Source: Cenococcum geophilum (Eukaryota). Taken from it: a stretch of 64,000 bases of DNA. Both the position numbers and the translations under genes were made by a program. The first letter of the stretch is position 1; the number at the start of each line of letters is the position of its first letter. Below the pieces are notes generated by a model. It did not search any database. It worked only from the letters and a program-made list of their open reading frames with translations, and was not told the DNA's origin. Of this stretch, positions 24,315 through 35,110 are shown piece after piece. Location of the stretch: assembly GCA_050273025.1 (NCBI GenBank), contig CP158636.1, positions 11,098,001 through 11,162,000 of the forward strand. The letters run 5' to 3'.

Positions 24315-26747
24315 ATGGCGAAACCGAAACTTGGGTATATGAATCCATATGTCTACGACGCACTGCTATGGATGTTTTCGGTGCTCGTAGACCTGTTCTT
24401 CCGGGAGGTACATCCACGAAGCTCATGGAAGATTCCCAAGGATGGGCCAGTACTGTTCGTTTGTGCTCCGCACGCAAATCAGGTACGTGGACTAAAACGT
24501 GCGTTCACGGAAACAAAAGTTGATTCTTGTCATAGTTCGTCGATCCCTTGATCCTTATGCGCGTAGTTCGTAAAGAAGCTGAACGTCGAATCCATTTCCT
24601 CATCGCTGAAAAGTCCATGAAGCGAAGATTTATCGGTTGGATGGCAAAGCGAGCGGGTTCACTACCAGTCGGGAGAGCCCTGGATAGTACAAAGCCTGGT
24701 AAAGGGATAATATACCTTCCAGACCCGGTGAACGACCCGTGTCTCGTTCGTGGCGTGGACACAAATTTCGAAAATAAATATTTTCAAGTGGGAGGTCTCC
24801 TGGTTCTCCCATCAGTCAACAATCTAGCGGCCAGCGCTGAGGTTCAAGCAATCAATGGACCGGAGGAGATTCGCTTGAAACGTCCTTTCAAGGGTAGCAT
24901 CCCCTTGCGACAAATGACTGGTCGCGATGATATCAGCGACGACGGAAAGTTCGAGAGAGATGGCTCTGAGATTCGTAATGGCCCTGCGCCGGGATTTGAA
25001 GGTGTAACTTTCAAAGTTGCTCCCAAGGTTGACCAGACGGAGGTGTACGACGCCGTCTTTGACACACTGAGTCAAGGCGGATGCATCGGAATATTCCCCG
25101 AAGGTGGTAGTCATGACCGTCCAGAGCTTCTACCTCTCAAAGGTACCGTAGCATGACTTGTTCCTTTCTTGCACAATTAAGCTAATTATGTTAATCAGCT
25201 GGCGTGGCTATCATGGCTCTGGGAGCCCTCGCGAAAGATCCAAGCTGTGGGTTGAAAATAGTCCCAGTGGGCATGAACTATTTCCATGCCCACAAATTCC
25301 GATCACGGGCAGTCATCGAGTTCGGAACTCCTGTGGAAGTTTCTCCTGAGCTCGTCGAACGCTTCAAATCGGGAGAGAGACGCGATGCAATTGGCTCAAT
25401 GTTGGAGATAATTTACAATTCTCTCGTTGCTGTCACAGTTACAAGCCCAGACTACGAGACTTTGTTGGTAAGTCGCATGAATTCATACACCAGCCACACT
25501 ATACTCATCATCTGAATCAGTTGATTCAAGCCGTCCGCCGATTATACAACCCAAAGGGCAAGAAACTTCCACTTCCAATGGTTGTCGAACTCAACCGCCG
25601 GTTAGTCCAGGGATACACAAGATACAAAGACGACCCTCGCATCATTAGTTTGAAAAAGTCCGTATTAGCATACAACAAGCGGCTAATGGCATTGAATATC
25701 CGAGACCACCAAGTTGAATACGCAAAGTTCTCAATTATCAAGGTCATATTTACCCTGATATATAGGCTGGGTAAATTGGCTGTGTTGTCCATCCTAGTGA
25801 TACCCGGACTCGTACTATTCGGTGCAGTATTCGTATGCGGGAAGGTCATTTCTATCAAGAAATCAAGAGAGGCTCTGGCGGCTTCGACAGTCAAGATTCA
25901 GGCAAGAGACGTCATGGCCACCTGGAAACTTCTTGTCTCCATGGTGGTTGCCCCATTGACTTACGGAGCATGGATCATTCTGTTCACCTACTGGTGCCAC
26001 CACAATCGCATTCAGGGCTACGTTCCCGAATGGCTACCACTCAAAGTCCTCGTACTAATCCAGTGTATTATCTTCCCTACCATCACTTACGCGGCACTCC
26101 GATTCGGTGAGATTGGCATGGATATTGCGAAATCTCTACCACCGCTCATTTATTTGTTGATTCCATCATCGAACAATACCCTTGTCAAACTCCGAGCTAC
26201 ACGCGCAGAGCTTGCAGCTCAAGTCACGGACGCAATAAACACGCTTGGTCCCGAGATGTTCCCAGACTTCGACTCTGCTCGCATAATCACGGATCCATTC
26301 CGCGATGATAGTATTTCTCCGCCTCGAACCCCAAGCGGCCGTAGACGGAGCGAAACATATTCCATCGACTCGATGCCCACATCACCAACAGGAGAGAATG
26401 CTCCGTCTAGCATTGGTGGCGGATCAACCGCGTCTGGGATCCTTCCGCGGAACGAATCTTTCAAGGACCTGGGTCGGGCTGAATTCTACTCAACACGACC
26501 TGGCACGCCAAACAAGAGTCGAAGTAGGACAAGCTCGGTCGGAGATGGGCTTTCCGGCGCCGGTGGCCTCCCTCTCAAAGCATTCAGTACGATTGATTCG
26601 AAGGAAGGGTTTGACGAGGTCAGCAAGAAGATTAGGGGCGCAATGGAGGAAAGAAGCCATAGGCGGAGAAGCAGTGGCACTGATGGATGGGAGATGGGAA
26701 GTGGTGCCACGACTCCCGGAAGTGAGCCGGGAAAGAAGGATATTTGA
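24315..26747 (+). CDS. Glycerol-3-phosphate/DHAP sn-1 acyltransferase (Sct1/Gpt2 family)
   Basis: Acyltransferase motifs APHANQ|FVDP (HxxxxD) and IFPEGGSHD, plus KFRSRAVIEFG and RDVMATWKLLV. Three introns and a Ser-rich C-terminal tail. Confidence 0.95.
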
Positions 26748-27175
26748 TCCGTGGCATTATTCCTGCTGATAGCGTGGTGTTTTGGCGTTGTGGTATTGAG
26801 GAAACAGGCTTTTTCTGTTCCGGGGCTTTTTAGTGATACCAAGTTATTCTGCTGTGCTAGAAGCGTAGAAATTAATTAGTCTGTTTCTGTCACTCTCGAA
26901 CCTCAAGGATCTACGAAGTACTATTGGTGTATTGGCAGGGTGTATACCTATCAAGACCTGTCATGACATGAGGAGCAACTCCGGATACCATGGCATTACT
27001 CAGCATTACCGCCTAAAACGTCACCAGACACTGATCTGATGCTCGCAACCCTGCCAACAGCTCCAATGACAACGTTACCAGTGCTGTGGGCTGCCTCCCA
27101 GAATGTACAAGGAACCTGGCTCTCTTGGGCCATTCAGTGCCCTTTATTTTTGAGCTCCCCCGCCCTGCTGCCACC

Positions 27176-28178
27176 ATGCTTGGCCTGAAGCTCTCATACC
27201 TCATCCCCATCTTAGGCTTGGTCATTGGATTCTTCTATTCGGAATACTCGCAAAGCACGCTCATGGCGACGCAGAAAGCTCCGACGCCGGGGAAGCCGTG
27301 GGCAGATGGCCCGTTGAAGCTGGTGACGACACCAATGTTTGAGCCGAAGAAGGTCGGCGGAGCTCCAGACAGCTATCCAAAAAGCCCAGCACCACCGCAA
27401 TAGCAGCTCACAACTTGGAACATGGCAGGATGACACCTTCACGAAGGGCGCAACGCACATGGCGCTCCTCCATAACTCGGCGCTCCGCGGCTATAACTCT
27501 ATCTACCTGCAAGCGCCGCACGTCAAGCCGGCCGACTACGCAGATTTCATCGGCTACTGCCTCACATGGTACAAGTTCGTAAAGCACCACCACGACGACG
27601 AGGAGGCGAATCTGTTCCCCAAAGTACTCGAGGTGCTCGGGAAAGAGGACAAGGACGTATGGGCGAAGACGCACGAGGAGCACGGTACGCCTCCCGCCCC
27701 CTTCCCCACCACACAAACCCCAGGCCCGCTAACACCAGCTCCAGAAGCCATGCTCCCCGGCCTCGCCAAATTCAACACCTACCTCACGACCCTCCCCTCC
27801 CCCTCCGCCTTCTCGGGCCCCACCCTACTTAGCATAATGGACGAATTCAGCGCCCCCTTCTCCGCACACTTCCACTCCGAAATCGCGACCATCGCCGCCC
27901 TCGCCGCCTTCGGCGACTTCCCCGCCGCGGGGCCCGTCTTCAAGGCGTGGGGCAAGCAGACCGTCAGCAGCGCGGGGTACGCGGACGTAGTGCCGTTCCT
28001 GTTCCTGAACTTCGACCGCACGGCCGAGGACGGGATGTGGAAGGACTGGCCGCCGATGCCGGCGCTGATACGGACGTTGTTGGTTAGGGTTGGCGGGTGG
28101 TGGCATCAGGGGTGGTGGCGGTTTGCGAGCTGTGATGGGAATGGGATGCCGAGGGAGTTGTATGCGTTGGGGGAGTAG
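27176..28178 (+). CDS. Hemerythrin/HHE cation-binding domain protein
   Basis: Motifs MALLHNSALRGYNSIYLQA, HHHDDEEANLFP, EEH and HFHSEI, with two probable introns. ATG 27176 is in GCCACCATG context and a second in-frame ATG lies at 27263. Confidence 0.85.
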
Positions 28179-28613
28179 GGGGTAGGGTTGGGGGTAGGTG
28201 AGGTCGTTTTTGCGGTTGGGTCGGAGAGAGCTTTATATCCCTTGTGCTTTTTTGGAGGGTTCGCGATGGCGGATCAGTTCTTTTAATTGGCCGGGTTGGG
28301 CTTATAATGATGTGCTATAGCCTCTGGACTCACTCTTTTTCTCCGGGTTGTTTGGCATTAACTCTATTCAATTCTCTCTTAAGATAATCCAAAACGGGTT
28401 AAATGATTTCTAGTTTCTAAAAAGCATTCACTGCACCAGTTCGATCAATAATAGAGTAGGGGACAAACTCTCAGAAATGTACTCGTAAGACAACACTCAG
28501 AATTTTCAACTTCTACTTAATTCCAGCGCTAACAGGAATAAAAGCCCCATATCCAAGAAACACATGACTTCGGTTTTACGAGCCCACACCGTTTTTAATT
28601 CATCATATGCCTA

Positions 28614-31600
28614 TCAAAATGTATTGGGCGGTGTACGGACTGGAAGGCCAGCTGATTCCCTCAGCAGCTTCACTACCGCCTCATGCTCTCCCTCTGCTGC
28701 CCACGACAGCGGTGTCTGGTCGTACCAGTCCTTTGAGTCGGCTTCGACGTCTTCCCGCTCTACTAGCAGCCTCACTACCGCCTCGTGCCCATACGCTGCC
28801 GCCCACGACAGCGGTGTCCGGCCGTCATTGTCCTTTGAGTCGGCTTTAACGTCGTCCCGCTCTACTAGCAGCTTTACCACCGCCTTATGCCCTTTCTCTA
28901 CTGCCCACGACAGCGGTGTCCGGCCGTTATTGTCCTTTGAGTCGGCTTCGACGTCGTCCCGCTCTACTAGCAGCTTTACCACCGCCTCACACCCTTCCTC
29001 TGCTGCCCACGACAGCGGTGTCCGGCCGCCGTTGTCCTTTGAGTCGGCTTCGACGTCGTCCCGCTCTACTAGCAGCTTTACCACCGCCTCACACCATTCC
29101 TCTACTGCCCACGACAGCGGTGTTCGGCCGTCATTGTCCTTCGAGTCGGCTTCAACGTCGTCCCGCTCTACTAGCAGCTTTACCACCCCCTCACACCCTT
29201 CCTTTGCTGCCCACGACAGCGGTGTCCGGCCGTTATTATCCCTTGGGTCGGCTTCGACGTCGTCCCGCTCTACTAGCAGCCTCACTACCGCCTCGCCCCC
29301 ATACTCTGCCGCCAGCGACAGCGGTGTCCGGCCGTCATTGTCCTTTAAGTCGGCTTTAACGTCGTCCCGCTCTACTAGCAGCTTTACCACCACCTCGTGC
29401 CCATACACTGCCGCCCGCGACAGTGGTGTCCAGCCGCCATTGTCCTTTGAGTCGGCTTTAACGTCGTCCCGCTCTACTAGCAGCTTTACTACCGCCTCAT
29501 GCCCTCCCTCTGCCATCCACGATAGCGGTGTCCGGCCGCTATTGTCCTTTAAGTCGGCTTTGATGTCGTCCCGCTCTACTAGCAGCTTTACCACCGCCTC
29601 GTGCCCTCTAGCTGCCGCCCACGACAGCGGTGTCCGGCCGCTATTGTCCTTTGAGTCGGCTTCGACGTCGTCCCGCTCTACTAGCAGCCTCACTACCGCC
29701 TCGTGCCCATACCCTGCCGCCCGCGACAGCGGTGTCCAGCCGCCATTGCCCTTTAAGTCGGCTTTAACATCGTCTCGCTCTACTAGCAGCTTTACTACCG
29801 CCTCATGCCCTCCCTCTGCCGCCCACGACAGCGGTGTCCGGCCGCTATTGTCCTTTGAGTCGGCTTCGATGTCGCCTCGCTCTACTAGCAGCTTTACCAC
29901 CGTCTCATGACCTCTCGCTGCCGCCCACGCTAGCGGCGTCCGGCCATTGCCGTCCTTTGCGTCCGCCGTGTTGTGTTCTAAATTAAGGAATATAGATAAA
30001 ACATAGCAGAGCCCATGTATTGCAATAATGTGCAAAATCGTCATACCTCGGGCAGGACCGGAGGCTGGCCAACGGTCAAAATCGTGGTACAATTGAGTCC
30101 ACTGCCTCATTCGGTACTCGCACGACCCATGGAACTGGCATAATAGTCGGAACAGGTCCTCTTGAAACGCCTGCTGCTCCCCTACCTGCACAGCATGCGG
30201 GACCCATGATACTGTTGCATAATGTATCAGGGGATACGTAGAAACGATCTGTTGAGCAGCAGCCGCCGGGTAGTATCTGCCGAGATCATCCTTCTCCACG
30301 GAAACGATCTCGTCCATGCTGAAATATCGTATGCAGGTCCAAGCGAGCTGCAGGTTCGCTCTACCAATAGTACTACCAAGACCGTTACCTTCCAGGCGTT
30401 GTAGGCCATCTTGAACGAGAAAATCTTTAACGGATTCATGGACAAATTGGACGAAATCATGTCCCTTGTGCACCCGGATCTCAGCGAGCCCTTTCGATAG
30501 ATCGAGAATTCGCATCTTCATGTCTTCATCGGTTGCCACGTAAGAATCAGTATCCAAGCATTCTCGGAGCGTGATGTATGACGTATTTGGATCAACAACC
30601 ATCGCGTGCCGCATTTCTCGCAAGGACAGTGGTCTGAGTGCGAAACATATCCATCGCATCAGCTTCAATGACTCGAGCCGTTCATCGTTGGATATGCCTG
30701 CGAGGATTGTTCCGTAGAGGTCATGTAGCTTTATAGGTAGCCTTCTGATGTGGCTCTGAACCACCTCTATACGTTTACCTCGCCTGCATTCGCGGATTAC
30801 CTCAGGAAGCACAAGCGTAATCCATTGGAACACTCCATTTGCTCTTTCTAGGACCTCCACTGCTAATAACTTAGCTTTCCTTTCGTCAAGGGAATTTGCT
30901 CTGAGTCTTTGATAAACGTAAGCTTGGATGTCGGCAGAGTTCTCAGTCTCAACACAGATGGTAAAGCCGTCGAGCGCAATTATAGGATAATGCCGGCAAG
31001 AGAAGCAGACACCTAGGGAATAACCAGCGCAAGAGACCTTGGCGACTAAACTTTGGAACTGCTCCACTAGTTGTACTGCGACCTCTTCTCCGCTCTCGTC
31101 GAGAGCATCTACATAGAGTCGCACGGGACGAACCGCTAACGTAAGAAGTAAGTCCGACAACTGATCCTTAAGTTCTCCCTCGTGCCATTCCCATTCCTTC
31201 TTAACTTTCCCCCTAGTCTGACACCTTTCTTTGTAGATTTTGGCAAGCCTGCACAGCTGATAGGGCGCAAAACGGAGTAATTGATGGAGGATAGATCGAT
31301 ACATGCCGAGGGGAGTTCTTTCCAGCTGAGAACCCCGAGCGTTGAAGAAGAATGAAGCTATTATAGTCTGGTCGTGGCCCTCCTGCCGGAGCGCGTATTT
31401 CATGAGCGTTGACTTTCCCGCTCCAGGCTTCCCTTTAATCCAGAGAAGCCCAGACCGAGCCTGTAGCCATTCCAGGTAGCTTAAATTTGTGACAAGCCAT
31501 TCACACGTCTCATCAGTTGCGTTGGCGATATTATTTACACGGAGATCCATTTCTGGAAAGAAGAGCGACTTCAAACACTCTAATAATCCAGTTTAGTAAA

Positions 31601-32929
31601 CTTATCACCACTTTTGAGAGACTGGTTTACCTTGTTCCTCTGGAGAAAGATCCTTTTGCAGCCGTTGTGCATTGGAGTCCGTGGTAACTACTTCATTCGG
31701 GATGGGGCTCAAACTTGACACTAGATCAAGATATTTAGAGAATGCAGCTTAGCATATCATATTCATGCCATGCAACTTTACGTACAAGCATGTTCCCGGC
31801 TTTCGAGACTTGGGTCAGAATGCGGTACTCTCGACTTTGTTAGCCGTTCACGGTCTGCCACGGCCTGAACGGCATTTGCGATCAGCTCCACCACATTGTC
31901 TGCTACTTGCTCATAAGCATCGTCGTCATCCCGCTCGAACTTGCAGATATGACTATGGTCCGCGTCCATGGCAATCTGCTTTTCGCGTGTTCCAGGGAGC
32001 CCGAGGGTAGCTGATTTCTTGTCCACGATCTACGCTTATGAGCTATGTCTGTTCTAAATGTTCATTCAGACTTACTGTGCCTAGTTTCTTGAAGGGACGA
32101 GTCTCAAAGAAACTCAAGATGTAATAGTCTTCAAGTAATTGTCGGAAATGCTGGACGAGGGTATCCGCAAAAAGGGAATCCCCTTTCAATGCTTCCATAA
32201 AATTGGGTCTCGGGTTTCGTAGTACCGCTCGGGCAATACTTGAAGCTATATCTCCAAGGTATGTGTGGTTACCGCCTTGATGAGGCGTTCCAAAGAAAGC
32301 AATGCCATATGTTGCAGTCCGTATCTGGCGGTACGAATCATCGAGCTTCGCGTGCACGAGAGCCTAATGAGTTAGTTCGTGGTCTTATAGGCTTCACAAG
32401 CCACCTACTTGCTTCACAACAATACCGCCTAAGCTGTGGCAGATAAATATCAGTGGTCGGTCAGGGGCCGTCTAGCCCGCAGTCAGCCTGTGATATACAC
32501 ACGTGAAATGGACCTTTTACGGCTCTCTTGGATTTCAGCCGATTCAAGAGGTTCTCGGCTTGTTCCAGCACGCCGGCGATCGAAGTTTCAAAAGCCACAT
32601 TTGAATTGTATCCGAATAGCAACACCCTTGCTGTAGGGACCCGCGATGGAAGAAAGTCCCTTAGCCAGAGCTTGCCCTCGGCAGTCCACGTTTGCTCCGC
32701 ATGGAACTCAGTATTTGTCGGGTTTAGGCCGTGCACAGCGACGAGACTTATGCGAACCGCATCAGCTAAAGACCTATAGACTAACTGTACAAGGACCGTA
32801 CTCGATTTGCGGCTGCGGTGGGTGGACTATTGTTCTGAGGAAATTCTGTGATGTCCTCGTTCGAGCCTATCGCATGTGCGCCGTTTTAGAAGCCGCGAAG
32901 AGAATTGTGATTGCTGTGATGCGTACCAT
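28614..32929 (-). CDS. Fungal NLR-like protein: SesB-like alpha/beta-hydrolase - NACHT - ankyrin repeats
   Basis: N-terminal exons encode LVAVHGLNP, WLRDFLP, FICHSLGGIVVKQ (nucleophile elbow), FFGTPHQG and DADHSHICKF. The NACHT has Walker A GKPGAGKSTL and Walker B LYVDALDE, followed by 13 ankyrin repeats. The start is inferred as a 3-bp ATG exon at 32929. Confidence 0.93.
28655..29970 (-). repeat. 102-bp tandem array of 13 highly conserved ankyrin repeats
   Basis: Unit consensus EADSKDNxGRTPLSWAAxxGHEAVVKLLVERDDV, with near-invariant DNA cgctctactagcagc at 102-bp spacing. Confidence 0.97.
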
Positions 32930-33440
32930 TCTATACACCGCTTTACTCTACAAGGCTTTGGCTTCCGGTTGGTAATCTAAGCTGAGGATGTACTGTAGGG
33001 TCGAGACATTCGCACGGCTCCTGCCTGGTGAAGGCTGTAGTTTGAGTCGTGTCAACTCTCTTCTTCAGCTGAGAAAAGCCCCGCAATAGCCTGCGCCTCT
33101 TCAGCCACAGGCTCAATGCAAGACAATAATATGGCACAGTAATATACTGGTAAGGCGAGCAGCAAGGCTCCGATTCTTAAGTGGGGTAAATGTTTAAAGA
33201 GCGCTTAATGGTAAAGCCAATTTTATAAGCCACCGTAAGTTTTATTATACTAAAAATAGGACCTCTAGATTAAAATATAATCTAAAATAGGCCTCTAAAT
33301 TAAAAAGAGGCACTACTATTTTTAATTTTAGTTTTTAAAATGATTTTGTATATTTTTTAGTTCCAAATTTTAACTTTTAGAACTATTTTATACTTTTAAT
33401 TATCTATTAACAGATGACAAATTCGAGAGTAGCCCTAATT

Positions 33441-34643
33441 TCATGATGTAGGGAGTCTGAGATGCTCCTCCAACCCAAGCGCATTCATTCCAGTGGCTTC
33501 GGCCATATTCTGGAAGAGATCCGGGTTAGTAACTGAATTCCTGTATTCGTTTTCTGCCGCAAGCCACTCATCCACGCGATCCTGGCCTTTATATGTTACC
33601 ATCATGACGATGCCAAATTCGTCTACTTCCCTGGCCTTGGCCTCTTGCAAAACGGTGTCAAAATTCATCCTCGGGACCCACAGCGGCGAGCACTCGCGAC
33701 AAGCTTTATTCCACTGGAACACAGACGCCGCGTCCCATAGTTGGCTCTGCGCAGTAAAAGAGTTGGCAGTGACTAGGTCGGCCACGGTGCAGTAACCCAG
33801 CTTTACAAGGGAATATATACCGCGTATCATGAAACTCATGGTAATGGTCCGTCGAACGCTTTCAGCGAACAGCCAAGCTCGCCATGAGGTTGTGCTGGAC
33901 GTCGTGATGGCCTGCTCCGCCTGCGTCCGGGTTTTCAGTTGCTCGGTCCAGAACTCAAGGACAGGTTCGGCTTGCTCAGCTTGCGCCCGTTGTCGGATAT
34001 CGCCATCAAAGAGACGGATGAATTGGAAAATGAGGAGGCCTTGGACAGCAGCAAGCAGATCGAGGGGTGTCCAAGACGACTGGTTCGGAGAGCGAATTAA
34101 TTCATTCGCCTTTGACTCGATGACTGCGAAGGCAACAGTTGAGTTCTCCTCCGTCTTTGTGCTATATATTGCACAGACGGCGTAAGCGTCCTGAAGGGCT
34201 CGCGGCATGTTGTTTGCATATAGGCGGGGATGGATGAAAGGGGCTTTACCCTCTTTCAGCCACTTCTCGGGGTAAGTCTTGAAGTGGCGGACGGCGAATG
34301 TCATTTCTTGCCTTGCCATAGTTGTCATAGAAGGGCCTTCCACCTGCAGGAAATCTGGTAGTGGTGAACCGTCCGAGCTGCTCAGGTGATAATGGTTTAG
34401 TGCGGGTTCCGCAAGCACACCCGCCCAAGCTGCTGTCTCGGTGGCCCCTAACAGATCGTCTAACCACGGAAAGTCCAATTCTGGGATAGGCACCTCTGAA
34501 AGAGGAGGTCCACTCCTAGGGTAGCGACAATCTATCTTTTTCTTGGTGCATCGTTGGCATCGTGGCATCTGCATGTCACATTTTCTCTTGGCTTTGGCAC
34601 ATTCTCCGCAGGACTTGCGGCGGACCACGGACGTATCCGCCAT
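33441..34643 (-). CDS. Zn(II)2Cys6 transcription factor
   Basis: CGECAKAKRKCDMQMPRCQRCTKKKIDC cluster plus PFIHPRLY and WLFAESVRRT middle motifs; intronless, 400 aa. Confidence 0.93.
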   Translation of the reverse strand: MADTSVVRRKSCGECAKAKRKCDMQMPRCQRCTKKKIDCRYPRSGPPLSEVPIPELDFPWLDDLLGATETAAWAGVLAEPALNHYHLSSSDGSPLPDFLQVEGPSMTTMARQEMTFAVRHFKTYPEKWLKEGKAPFIHPRLYANNMPRALQDAYAVCAIYSTKTEENSTVAFAVIESKANELIRSPNQSSWTPLDLLAAVQGLLIFQFIRLFDGDIRQRAQAEQAEPVLEFWTEQLKTRTQAEQAITTSSTTSWRAWLFAESVRRTITMSFMIRGIYSLVKLGYCTVADLVTANSFTAQSQLWDAASVFQWNKACRECSPLWVPRMNFDTVLQEAKAREVDEFGIVMMVTYKGQDRVDEWLAAENEYRNSVTNPDLFQNMAEATGMNALGLEEHLRLPTS

Positions 34644-34796
34644 TACAGAGGGCGTAGTGAGAGATTGTTGCTCGAGGCATGATGGAGCTCAAGAAACTGC
34701 TTAGTAGTTGGTCAGCAATCTGCGGCGATCTGCTGTCGTCTATGGTCCCCTTGCCACTCCGTACCGCAATACCCTCCACTTTGATTGGCTATAAAT

Positions 34797-34851
34797 CGGA
34801 ACTCCGCAACGCCAACGGCGTCCCCGCCCAAACGTACCGCACGGCGCTCCG
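34797..34851. promoter_or_regulatory. Two CGG-N4-CCG sites in the bidirectional promoter (candidate Zn2Cys6 binding sites)
   Basis: CGGaactCCG at 34797-34806 and CGGcgctCCG at 34842-34851, with a CGG-N5-CCG at 34816 between them. Confidence 0.4.
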
Positions 34852-35110
34852 CACTGCGAAACGCATTGGAAACCTTCAGTTGTAGGGCCGTGGAAATCCG
34901 CCTAACTCGCGGGGCAGTGGAGCCATCTGAACGCCATATTCCACCAGTACGAGCAAGGAGGCGAAGTGAGTCAAAAGTAATCATATTGTCTATATGTGTG
35001 CAAAGTGTATATATATATGAAGACGTGAAAACGGATTCTCTGCATGATTAACAATTAGAACAATTACATTCCATCAAACTATCATCCATTATCTCATCCA
35101 TTAGACCACC

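Noticed and set aside
28564..29910. 448-aa Ser/Thr-rich repetitive ORF on the + strand
   Set aside because: Antisense shadow of the ankyrin array; a stop-free repeat unit propagates the open frame.
28655..29970. CRISPR-like appearance of regularly spaced conserved motifs (also 61190-62190)
   Set aside because: Units are in-frame protein repeats with no unique spacers, in a eukaryotic context with no cas genes.
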